Positions 1 through 7,779 of a DNA stretch of 40,905 bases are shown here, piece after piece. How positions within the stretch are numbered: position 1 is the stretch's first letter; every line of letters begins with the position of its first letter. The position numbers and the translations under genes were made by a program. The notes beneath the pieces were generated by a model. It did no database searches and had not been told where the DNA came from. It saw nothing but the letters and a program-made list of their open reading frames with translations. Source of the DNA: a virus (lineage: Duplodnaviria > Caudoviricetes); the IMG/VR virus record IMGVR_UViG_3300038673_000658, positions 1 through 40,905 of that record. The stretch is one strand, 5' to 3'.

Positions 1-272
1 TACAGACTGAATGTCTCCTCTTTTGGCTCCCCATTGGCGATGAACAGCCAGGTATCACCTGTTGTGGTGTCAGCCATACTATGAACCAACACTGGCTTGG
101 ACCTGTCAAAGTCACTTGCAAGCATACCGACAAACTCACCATTCTGGTCACAAGCATAGAGGTTTCCTGCCTTGCTGGTGTATACGCTGAGCTTTGTGAT
201 GCTCTTAGAAGCTTTGAATTGCTCAAGGGTCACAGTCTTAGTGGTCTTGATGGTAGTAGCTGTAGTTTCCAT
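1..272 (-). CDS. small hypothetical protein, first gene of the leftward (probably early) block; ~90 aa, reaches window edge
   Basis: Not in ORF track. ATG at 272 (cat 270-272), open to the edge: METTATTIKTTKTVTLEQFKASKSITKLSVYTSKAGNLYACDQNGEFVGMLASDFDRSKPVLVHSMADTTTGDTWLFIANGEPKEETFSL, then TA (probably a truncated stop). AT-rich leader. Confidence 0.8.
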   Translation of the reverse strand, partial: METTATTIKTTKTVTLEQFKASKSITKLSVYTSKAGNLYACDQNGEFVGMLASDFDRSKPVLVHSMADTTTGDTWLFIANGEPKEETFSL

Positions 273-328
273 ATTAGTAGAATTTAATTAGTAAATAACT
301 GCTCGCAACACTCTTCGTACATTTGTAC

Positions 329-344
329 TGGGGGTGTTCCCCCA
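329..344. promoter_or_regulatory. short GC hairpin upstream of leftward gene
   Basis: TGGGGG-TGTT-CCCCCA perfect 6-bp stem; function inferred only from position. Confidence 0.3.
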
Positions 345-379
345 AACTTAGTTAGAGTGGGGCGAAGCGTTTAATAGGC

Positions 380-432
380 ACCGGCTTTTATACTCTATAG
401 AAATATATAAGTACCGACTTTTATACTTTATA
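380..432. repeat. tandem 20-nt direct repeat (33-nt period)
   Basis: ACCGGCTTTTATACTCTATA (380-399) vs ACCGACTTTTATACTTTATA (413-432), 18/20 identical. Confidence 0.85.
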
Positions 433-443
433 AGAATATAGTA

Positions 444-520
444 TAGGGGGGTATGTTTTACAGCATAGGATTTAGGGGGGGTGTTTTATATAGGTATGGG
501 ATAGGGGAGGGGGTATTTTT
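444..520 (+). repeat. three TA-G-tract-T-rich units
   Basis: TAGGGGGGTATGTTTTA, TAGGGGGGGTGTTTTA, TAGGGGAGGGGGTATTTTT; G runs at 446-451, 475-481, 498-500, 504-507, 509-513. Confidence 0.8.
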
Positions 521-560
521 GAGGAGAAGTATATAATAAAAGTAGTTTTTTCAAAAATTA

Positions 561-592
561 TTTGGTAGTGTCGGGATGATTATTTATATTTG
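561..592 (+). promoter_or_regulatory. Bacteroidota sigma-A promoter driving putative ncRNA
   Basis: TTTG (561-564), 20-nt spacer, TATATTTG (585-592): matches -33/-7 consensus. Confidence 0.8.
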
Positions 593-597
593 CATAG

Positions 598-826
598 AGT
601 TTTACTCAGACTTCTATGTCCTTTCAGGGTAATAATCCCTGATGAATTAAGTAGTGGCACATAGTTGGAACAGGCAAAGTCTAAATTAAAAAGTAAACAT
701 CACTGGGTGGCAAGTTTCTTCTGCGAAAGCAAGTTTTAGCAGTTTCTTTAGGGTGACGAAATTTTCCAAGGGAGGAGGATTTGGAAGTCTCAAGTAGCTG
801 GTTTAATAAATCAGCTACTTTTTTTT
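598..826 (+). ncRNA. putative structured non-coding RNA (~230 nt), family unknown
   Basis: Between a consensus promoter and an intrinsic terminator, no ORF in track; nested helices 601-606/692-697, 608-613/677-682, 614-619/659-664, 624-629/637-642; GAAA tetraloop hairpin 722-731; stem 764-770/780-786. Confidence 0.6.
792..826 (+). terminator. intrinsic terminator
   Basis: AAGTAGCTGGTTT / AAATCAGCTACTT stem followed by T-run to 826. Confidence 0.85.
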
Positions 827-919
827 ATCATTTTCAAGAATATTTATATTTTAATATTGTTGGTAGCTATGTCTTTTTGGGAGATAGTAAAAAAAATAAT
901 AAAAAAAAGTATGATTTTT

Positions 920-951
920 ATTGTTTATAGGAGATAAAGTGTATATCTTTG
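920..951 (+). promoter_or_regulatory. Bacteroidota sigma-A promoter of chaperone/terminase operon
   Basis: aTTG (920-923), 20-nt spacer, TATCTTTG (944-951), 25 nt before ATG at 977. Confidence 0.7.
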
Positions 952-976
952 TAGTGAACAATTTAAATTATATGGT

Positions 977-1327
977 ATGGAAAGAGTTAAAGATTTATCG
1001 AAGGTTATTTTGAGGGGGGATTATTTGCTTGCGGAGGTTGTAGAGGATACGACTGATTCGGGGATTATAATTCCTGACACTGTAAAGAATGGGTTTGATT
1101 ATTTAAGGGTATTGGCGGTAGGTCGTACTATAAATGATATAGAGCCTGGGTTTATATTGCTGGATGTAGCTGGCAATGTGGATGTATATCCTGTGAATGG
1201 TATGAAGGTAGCGATGATGCCTCGTCATAATGTATTGATTTCAGTTATACCTGAAAATTTTGATCCTTCTATGAAGAAGAAAAGGATTCCCACGCCTGTT
1301 GCGTCTAAACTTCATTTACCTAACTGA
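977..1327 (+). CDS. groES: GroES/Cpn10-like co-chaperonin
   Basis: LRGDYLLAE...TTDSGIIIPDT (mobile loop)...RVLAVGR...IEPG pattern of the Cpn10 family. Confidence 0.75.
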   Translation: MERVKDLSKVILRGDYLLAEVVEDTTDSGIIIPDTVKNGFDYLRVLAVGRTINDIEPGFILLDVAGNVDVYPVNGMKVAMMPRHNVLISVIPENFDPSMKKKRIPTPVASKLHLPN

Positions 1328-1641
1328 TGGAAGAGGAGTTAGATATGAATAATCCTCTGGTAGCACAGATGCTAAGGGGGGAAAGACCTGAAGGGATGTC
1401 TTATGATGAGTTTAAAATTAAGCGTAAGGCAGTTGAAAAGTATCTTAGGAAGAGAGCTAAAGGTAAGTTTGTATATGTCTCTAAGGAAAGAGATTACATA
1501 GTTGATGAAGAGGGTAATAAAAAGGAGGTAATAAAGAGTTATGGACCATATAGAAGAGTTAAAAAAGCAACTGAATCAACACCAGCTCATACTGTTGCAC
1601 ATGGGGGAACAGGTGGAAAAGTTGGCAAGGGAGGTTCTTGA
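1327..1641 (+). CDS. hypothetical basic protein
   Basis: TGATG coupling to upstream gene; RPEGMSYDEFKIKRK; C-terminal third overlaps next ORF. Confidence 0.7.
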   Translation: MEEELDMNNPLVAQMLRGERPEGMSYDEFKIKRKAVEKYLRKRAKGKFVYVSKERDYIVDEEGNKKEVIKSYGPYRRVKKATESTPAHTVAHGGTGGKVGKGGS

Positions 1642-1720
1642 TCTTAAATTAAGGCAAGAAAAGTTAAATGAGATATTAAATAAGAAACAAATACTGGATA
1701 AATATTGGTATCATGAGTGA
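1541..1720 (+). CDS. 59-aa coiled-coil protein (not in ORF track)
   Basis: MDHIEELKKQLNQHQLILLHMGEQVEKLAREVLDLKLRQEKLNEILNKKQILDKYWYHE; heptad Leu pattern; fills the 1642-1712 gap; stop overlaps next start (ATGAGTGA). Confidence 0.65.
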   Translation: MDHIEELKKQLNQHQLILLHMGEQVEKLAREVLDLKLRQEKLNEILNKKQILDKYWYHE

Positions 1721-2126
1721 GAATAAAGAGATTATGGGGAATGGAAATGATCTTCAGTGGTTTTATGATATGCTAGAGGAGAAAAGCAAGAATTTAGCTA
1801 AGAAAATTATGAATGAAGAAAAGCTTGCAACGGAAGTTATTGAAGAAGACAACTGTACTACATTAAAGGTGTCTGTTCCGGGAGTTAAGAGTGAAGCTAT
1901 TGAATTAACAGTAGTATCGGGGTTAATGAATACCTATGATGTGAAGTTGAAGATTTTTTCAAATTATGATGAGAAGTTATTTTTCATTTCTCCCGGGGAT
2001 TATGAGATGAGTGTCATAGGTATTTTTGATGAGGAGAATATCACTGCCAGTCTTGAGAAGGGTGTGTTGACAGTTGTATTTCCTAATAAGAACAGAGAGA
2101 TTCCTATTAATATTGAGTCGAAATGA
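1713..2126 (+). CDS. Hsp20/alpha-crystallin family small heat shock protein
   Basis: LKVSVPGVKSEAIEL, ITASLEKGVLTVVFP (AxLxxGVLxV motif) and C-terminal IPI (IxI) motif. Confidence 0.85.
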   Translation: MSENKEIMGNGNDLQWFYDMLEEKSKNLAKKIMNEEKLATEVIEEDNCTTLKVSVPGVKSEAIELTVVSGLMNTYDVKLKIFSNYDEKLFFISPGDYEMSVIGIFDEENITASLEKGVLTVVFPNKNREIPINIESK

Positions 2127-2362
2127 GTATTAATTTAAGTTGTTTCTATGCTGATAATAAAGTTCCACTCGAAAGGGTGGAACTTGAAGATTTAAATTCT
2201 GAATGTACTTATATTACTCTTGATGGATCAAGGATAAAGGTGACTTCAGAGAGGGATATATTGTTGATAAGGGCAAGTCCTTTGATGGAAGGTGAGAAGG
2301 TTAATTCTTTAAGTTCCAAAGGGCTTGAGTTATTTTTTAAGATAATAAATAAAAACGAATGA
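2123..2362 (+). CDS. hypothetical protein
   Basis: ATGA overlap, continuous operon. Confidence 0.7.
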   Translation: MSINLSCFYADNKVPLERVELEDLNSECTYITLDGSRIKVTSERDILLIRASPLMEGEKVNSLSSKGLELFFKIINKNE

Positions 2363-2366
2363 TGTT

Positions 2367-2612
2367 ATGGGGTTACAAGTAGGATACGATCACAGGATTA
2401 CTTTGGAATTCAGTAATACTACAAACTCAAAAGATTTGAATAATTTTGCCGATGTAATGCGTAAATGCTATAAGGAAGCTAAGAAGTCAGGTTTTCGCAA
2501 TATGTTTACCAAAGATGAGAGGGATTTTATAAGGAATTTTTATGAAGTTCTCACAGGTCAGGTGGCGGATCAGGAGAGTGTAACCTCTGACAGAAAGACA
2601 ATTCAGGAATAA
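2367..2612 (+). CDS. hypothetical protein
   Basis: tightly packed ORF in operon. Confidence 0.7.
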   Translation: MGLQVGYDHRITLEFSNTTNSKDLNNFADVMRKCYKEAKKSGFRNMFTKDERDFIRNFYEVLTGQVADQESVTSDRKTIQE

Positions 2613-2872
2613 TGGTGAGGGATAATGGTGACTTAAAAGGAAAAATCAATTGGTTTGACATAGACTTGCTCATTAAGTTAGGATTTGTATCTTCTGATAA
2701 AGAACTTATTAATCCTGATGATGAGCAATTGAGAGAACTGATAAATCGCTGTAAGGTTCATCTTGAAAAGGAAGGGTTTGTGTTTTATCCTGATTACACA
2801 GGATACAGGATTGTTCTTGGAAAGACTGGTAAGATAAAGGAGTTTGGAATACAATTTAAGCATATAAAATGA
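2612..2872 (+). CDS. hypothetical protein
   Basis: TAATG coupling. Confidence 0.7.
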   Translation: MVRDNGDLKGKINWFDIDLLIKLGFVSSDKELINPDDEQLRELINRCKVHLEKEGFVFYPDYTGYRIVLGKTGKIKEFGIQFKHIK

Positions 2873-3243
2873 AAATACCTATAAGGACTACTAAGAATAA
2901 TTTTCATAGGAAGATGTTGGAAGTATTAAAGATATTTCCTCCCATATCCAATCTAAGACCTAAGGAATTGGATGTGTTAGGTGAAATTATGAAGCAGAAT
3001 GAAGCTTACAGGACTCTTTCCAAGTCAAAGAGGAGGATGATAATTCTTTCTAAGGAAAATAAGAAGGAAATACAAAATAGGTTAAAAATATCACCTGCCT
3101 TTATGAATAACATTCTCACTACTTTGCGTAAATACAGATTGCTTACAAGGGAGAACGATCTTATACCTTTGTTGGATATCATACCTGACAATAAGTTTAC
3201 TGTGGAAATAGAATTCAGAACAGATGCGTCAGAAGATAACTAA
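2869..3243 (+). CDS. putative winged-helix DNA-binding protein
   Basis: LRPKELDVLGEI...KEIQNRLKISPAFMNNILTTLRKYRLL resembles MarR-like HTH; basic. Confidence 0.55.
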   Translation: MKIPIRTTKNNFHRKMLEVLKIFPPISNLRPKELDVLGEIMKQNEAYRTLSKSKRRMIILSKENKKEIQNRLKISPAFMNNILTTLRKYRLLTRENDLIPLLDIIPDNKFTVEIEFRTDASEDN

Positions 3244-3466
3244 GGATATAATCAATACTGTAAAGATACGTTCTGATAAACCTTCGGATGTCATTGATGA
3301 AGTTATATTTTCAATGTGGGAGTTTGTAGCTCATACTATGGAAACTGCTGAAAGCAGTGCTATATATTTAAGGTATCTGGGAACTTTTTACAGTAATGAG
3401 GATATGCGTAATGGTGTAATAAAGAATAAGGGGACAAAAAAGAAGGATGATACTGGAGAATTTTAA
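3224..3466 (+). CDS. putative HU/IHF-like DNA-binding protein
   Basis: two helices then IYLRYLGTF, equivalent to the HU VxLxGFGTF strand; such genes are typical of crAss-like late blocks. Confidence 0.55.
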   Translation: MRQKITKDIINTVKIRSDKPSDVIDEVIFSMWEFVAHTMETAESSAIYLRYLGTFYSNEDMRNGVIKNKGTKKKDDTGEF

Positions 3467-3989
3467 GGAAGGAAATAATTTTTGGGAGTTTAATCCTCAA
3501 TATAAGGTAATGTTTAAGGAGTTTTATGATTCTGACAAGAGTAAAAAAAAGGAAACTTCTTCAAAGATTATGTGGTCGATGATGTTATGTTATCATCCCA
3601 AGTCTGATTTTTATAATTTACCGAATAAGGAGGAGGTTATAGCCAAGAAGTTCATAAATGATCCTAAGTTTAAATGGGAGTCTTATGTTGAACTTAAGGA
3701 GATGATAGTTGATTCAGTGCTTACACAGGCTGAAAAGTCTTTGGATAACTGGAACAGGACTCTTAAGAAGAGGGATGAATTTATTCATGAACAGGAGTTT
3801 ACCCTTGATCATTATGATGATAAGGGCAGGTTGGCTAAGGGTAGTGCTGATCAGTTGGATAAGATGCTTGCCAATACTAATAAGCTCTATCAGGAGTATT
3901 TTTCTATAGTAAAAGAGCTTGAGCAGGAAGAACTTGCGAGGAGTAAGGGTAATAAGATTAAGTCAATGAGTGATTTAGGAGATATATGA
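3447..3989 (+). CDS. conserved hypothetical protein upstream of terminase (possible terminase small subunit)
   Basis: 180 aa, helical C-terminal oligomerisation-like region; function inferred from position only. Confidence 0.5.
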   Translation: MILENFKEGNNFWEFNPQYKVMFKEFYDSDKSKKKETSSKIMWSMMLCYHPKSDFYNLPNKEEVIAKKFINDPKFKWESYVELKEMIVDSVLTQAEKSLDNWNRTLKKRDEFIHEQEFTLDHYDDKGRLAKGSADQLDKMLANTNKLYQEYFSIVKELEQEELARSKGNKIKSMSDLGDI

Positions 3990-4216
3990 TGAATAGGATA
4001 GTAGTAAAATTGATAATAAAGGAATCTCAAAGAAGAGAAGGTACTAATAACTATTGGTATTATACGAAGCAGGGTGTTATAGAGACACCTGTTAATATGG
4101 TGGAAATTCATGCTGTTAATATTAATGCTATAATAGAGCTTGGTTTAAAGGAGTATCAATTTGATGAGATAACAATAATATTTAATAATAGAGAGGAAGA
4201 TGAAACTGCAAATTGA
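3986..4216 (+). CDS. hypothetical protein
   Basis: ATGA overlap. Confidence 0.6.
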   Translation: MMNRIVVKLIIKESQRREGTNNYWYYTKQGVIETPVNMVEIHAVNINAIIELGLKEYQFDEITIIFNNREEDETAN

Positions 4217-4448
4217 TTTTGAGAATAAGAGGATTAAACTGCTTGATGAAGTACAGTTGGGGAATCTTGTAAAGATATTGCAAGGACTTTTCCCTGACAA
4301 GTGGGAAGAATTTAAACTTGAAGGTGTAGTGGAATATGTCAATTGGTATAATCCCGTAGTAATTAGAGAGATTCAACCTTGGATCACTCCTTGGATGGAT
4401 TCCCCCATTCTGACATGTGATATATGTAATGTAGATATACAGGTTTAA
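4200..4448 (+). CDS. hypothetical protein
   Basis: coupled to terminase start (TAATG). Confidence 0.65.
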   Translation: MKLQIDFENKRIKLLDEVQLGNLVKILQGLFPDKWEEFKLEGVVEYVNWYNPVVIREIQPWITPWMDSPILTCDICNVDIQV

Positions 4449-7400
4449 TGATAAATAATGAGCTGTTTAAACTGAAGGAGATACCGAATTATCATCCCAT
4501 AGTTGATAAGTATGAAAGAACGGATTTCTGGAGGGAAGAGAAGCGTAAATGTATTGAAGGATATTGGGTAGGGGGGTATTGGATGCCCCCTGAACTTTAT
4601 TACTATGTCAACTTTCATCATATTACTATGGAGGAAGGTATCTATAGGGGAATTCATCTTCCATGGCATAGGGATATAGAATGGGAGAAAGCAAGATTAT
4701 ATGCAGAAGCCACTGGTTTCTCAGGATTTGAAATGGATGAGAGATATTCCTGTAACAGGTTGTTATTGGAAGACCTTACAGATGATGAACTACTTATATT
4801 TTGCAGGGATTCTTCATCTAATATTAATTCCTTATACAGGGGAAACTTCTTTAAACCTGACGGTACAAGGAAGGAATATATTCCTACAAGGGATTATATT
4901 GGTAGAAATCACGGTATTTCATTAGGAAGACCTATTTATCTGAACCCTGCAAAGCATATAATGGAAATGGCTGCTCGTGGACTAGGTAAGGATCTGAAAT
5001 ACAATACTTTAGTGTATGGAGAAGAAAAATCTTTTCCAATTAAAGATGTTAAATTAGGAGATAAAATATATGGTGCTGATGGTAAATTAACTACAGTTGT
5101 TCAGAGAAGAGATTTTTATAATCAACTTCAATATAAATTAAAACTTAGTGATGGTAGATCACTTGAGTGTGGAGCTGGTCATTTATGGACAGTTCTTGAA
5201 AAAACACATGGAGGATATAAAAGAATAACCAAATCATTAGAAGAAATAAATAAAGATTATAAAATTGGCAAAAGAGGTGATGCTAGATATTATATTGAAA
5301 TGAACGATCCTATACAATATCCAGAGAAACAATTACCAATAAATCCTTATTTCTTTGGACTATGGTTAGGAGATGGTAATTCGCATAATACTGGAATTAC
5401 TACAATGGATAGTGAAATAAAGAATTTTATTTATAAATATGCTGAAGAATGGAACTTACAAGTCAGCGTATCAAATCGAACAAAAACAGCTCCTGTTTAT
5501 ACTATTTGTAAATCTGGTAATGGAGATCATCCTAATAATTTAAAACGAGAGCTTCATTCTTTAAATGTAATTGGAAACAAACATATTCCTGATATATATT
5601 TAAGAAGTTCTTTTGAACAAAGACTTGCTCTTTTACAAGGATTAATGGATTCTGATGGATATGCGAATCCAAACGCAGGTGCTGAGTTGACTACCAGTTA
5701 TGATGGATTAAAAACTACAATACCATCTTTAATATACTCTTTAGGAATTCGTTGTAAAGTTACAGTTAAAAAAACTGCTCGAAAAGATTCTTTAAGAATT
5801 AGTTTGTTAACAACATTACCTATATTTAGATTAGGAAGAAAAGCAAAAATTGCAGAACGTATTCCTTCAAAATATGGAATATCAAATAGAAGCATGAGTG
5901 CTATAGTTAGTATAACTCCAACAGAAGTTGCTCATTCGGTGTGTATTGCTGTTGATAATGATAGCAAATTATTTATTGCTGGAGATGGTTGCATAGTTAC
6001 TCATAATAGTTATTGGGCATCTGCTTGTATAGCTCATAACTTCTTATTCTCAGGAGCCAGAAATTACGATGAATATCTCAGGCTAAAAAAGATGGATAAT
6101 CCTCTTAAGACTGAGACGGTAGTAGGTGCTGTAGATACCAAATATAGTTACAAGCTTGTTGATAAGGTGCTTACTGCTCTGACAAGATTGCCGGGATCAT
6201 TTAATATGATGTTGGAGAGGGATAATGTTGTATTTCCTTCTCCATTGTCAGTAGCTACTGAAGGTTCAATGGCTGTAGGTAAGACTTTTAAAGCTATAGC
6301 TTCAGGTTCTATAATACAACATGTTACATTTGCAGATAATCCTCTGGCGGCAAATGGTGGTCGCCCAAATAAGATATTCATAGATGAGGTGGGTTTTCAG
6401 AAAAACATCCTTGAAACTTGGGAAGCTATAGAATCCACACAAGCCGCTGAAGTATTTAAAAGGCTTACTATTTATGCCATGGGTACAGGAGGTTTAACAT
6501 CCGCAGGAGCAGTTACTTATACTCAGGAGATATTTACGAATCCCGATACTTATAATTGTATTGCCATAGATGATGTATGGGAGAATTCTGGAAAGATAGG
6601 ATATTTTGTATCTGCTATTAAAGCTTCCAATAAGTATAAGGAGGGACCAAATTATATTACCAATGAGGATAAGGGTCTTATAGACATAGAGAAAGAAAGG
6701 GAGAAAGCTCGTAAATCCAAGAGTAAGACTAAGCTGTTAGGATTGATGATAAATAAACCCATCAAACCATCGGAGATATTTCTTAGGTTGGATGGTACTT
6801 TCTTTAGGGCGGAAGATTTGAAAAGAGTTCTTGGTGAACTTGAGACAAACAGAAAACTTCTGGACTTAAGCTGGAAAGTTGATTTAGAATTTATTAAGGA
6901 GGGGATAGTATATCCCATGCCTTCCAATAAAAGACCTATCAGGGATTTTCCCCTGAGAAGAGGAATGGATATGGAAGGATGTGTGGAACTCTTTGAAAAA
7001 CCTAAGAAAGATAGTGGAGGACTTATTCCTTTCAGAAGATATATCATTGCTACAGACCCTGTTGATGATGATGAAAATACCAATATAAGACTTTCTCTTC
7101 AGTCTACATTTGTTCTGGACACATGGACAGATAGGATAGTTGCTGAATATACCTCTCGTACATATTTTGTAGATGACTATTATGAGAATGTTCGGAGACT
7201 CTGTATGTACTATAATACCCAATGTCTCTATGAAAATAATAAGAAAGGTATGTACAGCTATTTCAAAAATAAGGGTTCATTACATCTTCTGGCAGAAACT
7301 CCTGATATTATGAAACAGCAGAATGTAGTCAGGGCAGAAGGTATAAGTAATAAGGCAGTAGGTGTTAACATAGCTAATGAACAGGTTAAGTTATATGCTA

Positions 7401-7738
7401 TACAGAGATATAAGAAGTGGTTGGAAACTCTTGCTAACACCAATAGTGAAGAAGATGAAGGTAAACAAAACTATCAGTTGATAAGATCGGTAGGATTATT
7501 GAAGGAAACTATCAATTATACTCTTGATGGAAACTATGACAGGGTTAGTGCCATGATGATACTTATGATATATCGTGATGAATTAGCTCTTCAGGTACAG
7601 GCGGTTAAAGCATCTGGAAACAATGCTGAGAATTCTATGACAGATAAGTTTTGGTCACGGGCTTACAAGAAATATGTTCATAAACCCAATGAAGTTTATA
7701 ATAGAACTAGAAAGAACAGATATTTGAGTCTGAATTGA
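4448..7738 (+). CDS. terL: terminase large subunit, intein-containing
   Basis: Walker A ARGLGK|S split by intein, Walker B KIFIDEVG, motif III MGTGG, nuclease IIATDPVDDD and NYDRVSAM; crAss-type N-terminus (FWREEKRKCIEG...LYYYVNF). Confidence 0.95.
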   Translation: MINNELFKLKEIPNYHPIVDKYERTDFWREEKRKCIEGYWVGGYWMPPELYYYVNFHHITMEEGIYRGIHLPWHRDIEWEKARLYAEATGFSGFEMDERYSCNRLLLEDLTDDELLIFCRDSSSNINSLYRGNFFKPDGTRKEYIPTRDYIGRNHGISLGRPIYLNPAKHIMEMAARGLGKDLKYNTLVYGEEKSFPIKDVKLGDKIYGADGKLTTVVQRRDFYNQLQYKLKLSDGRSLECGAGHLWTVLEKTHGGYKRITKSLEEINKDYKIGKRGDARYYIEMNDPIQYPEKQLPINPYFFGLWLGDGNSHNTGITTMDSEIKNFIYKYAEEWNLQVSVSNRTKTAPVYTICKSGNGDHPNNLKRELHSLNVIGNKHIPDIYLRSSFEQRLALLQGLMDSDGYANPNAGAELTTSYDGLKTTIPSLIYSLGIRCKVTVKKTARKDSLRISLLTTLPIFRLGRKAKIAERIPSKYGISNRSMSAIVSITPTEVAHSVCIAVDNDSKLFIAGDGCIVTHNSYWASACIAHNFLFSGARNYDEYLRLKKMDNPLKTETVVGAVDTKYSYKLVDKVLTALTRLPGSFNMMLERDNVVFPSPLSVATEGSMAVGKTFKAIASGSIIQHVTFADNPLAANGGRPNKIFIDEVGFQKNILETWEAIESTQAAEVFKRLTIYAMGTGGLTSAGAVTYTQEIFTNPDTYNCIAIDDVWENSGKIGYFVSAIKASNKYKEGPNYITNEDKGLIDIEKEREKARKSKSKTKLLGLMINKPIKPSEIFLRLDGTFFRAEDLKRVLGELETNRKLLDLSWKVDLEFIKEGIVYPMPSNKRPIRDFPLRRGMDMEGCVELFEKPKKDSGGLIPFRRYIIATDPVDDDENTNIRLSLQSTFVLDTWTDRIVAEYTSRTYFVDDYYENVRRLCMYYNTQCLYENNKKGMYSYFKNKGSLHLLAETPDIMKQQNVVRAEGISNKAVGVNIANEQVKLYAIQRYKKWLETLANTNSEEDEGKQNYQLIRSVGLLKETINYTLDGNYDRVSAMMILMIYRDELALQVQAVKASGNNAENSMTDKFWSRAYKKYVHKPNEVYNRTRKNRYLSLN
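4991..6007 (+). mobile_element. class 3 intein with LAGLIDADG homing endonuclease (339 aa)
   Basis: Starts DLKYNTLV, ends IVTHN|S; block B GAGHLW, block F SVCIAVD, block G VTHN (WCT triplet); endonuclease motifs FFGLWLGDG and LLQGLMDSDG; more A/T-ending codons than exteins. Confidence 0.93.
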
Positions 7739-7757
7739 TTTGAATTTCTTATATTTG
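7723..7757 (+). promoter_or_regulatory. probable sigma-A promoter for portal
   Basis: TATATTTG at 7750-7757; TTTG at 7723-7726 with a longer (23-nt) spacer. Confidence 0.55.
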
Positions 7758-7779
7758 CCAATTGCGAATTACTCATACA

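Noticed and set aside
81-287. 68-aa + strand ORF from the track
   Set aside because: Shadow of a more convincing minus-strand gene (272 to edge)
380-520. CRISPR-like mini-array
   Set aside because: Only two or three degenerate units, spacers too short, no cas genes
638-762. Hammerhead ribozyme (CTGATGA at 639-645, downstream CGAAA)
   Set aside because: Could not build stems II and III around the core; the base after CUGAUGA does not pair with the base before either GAAA
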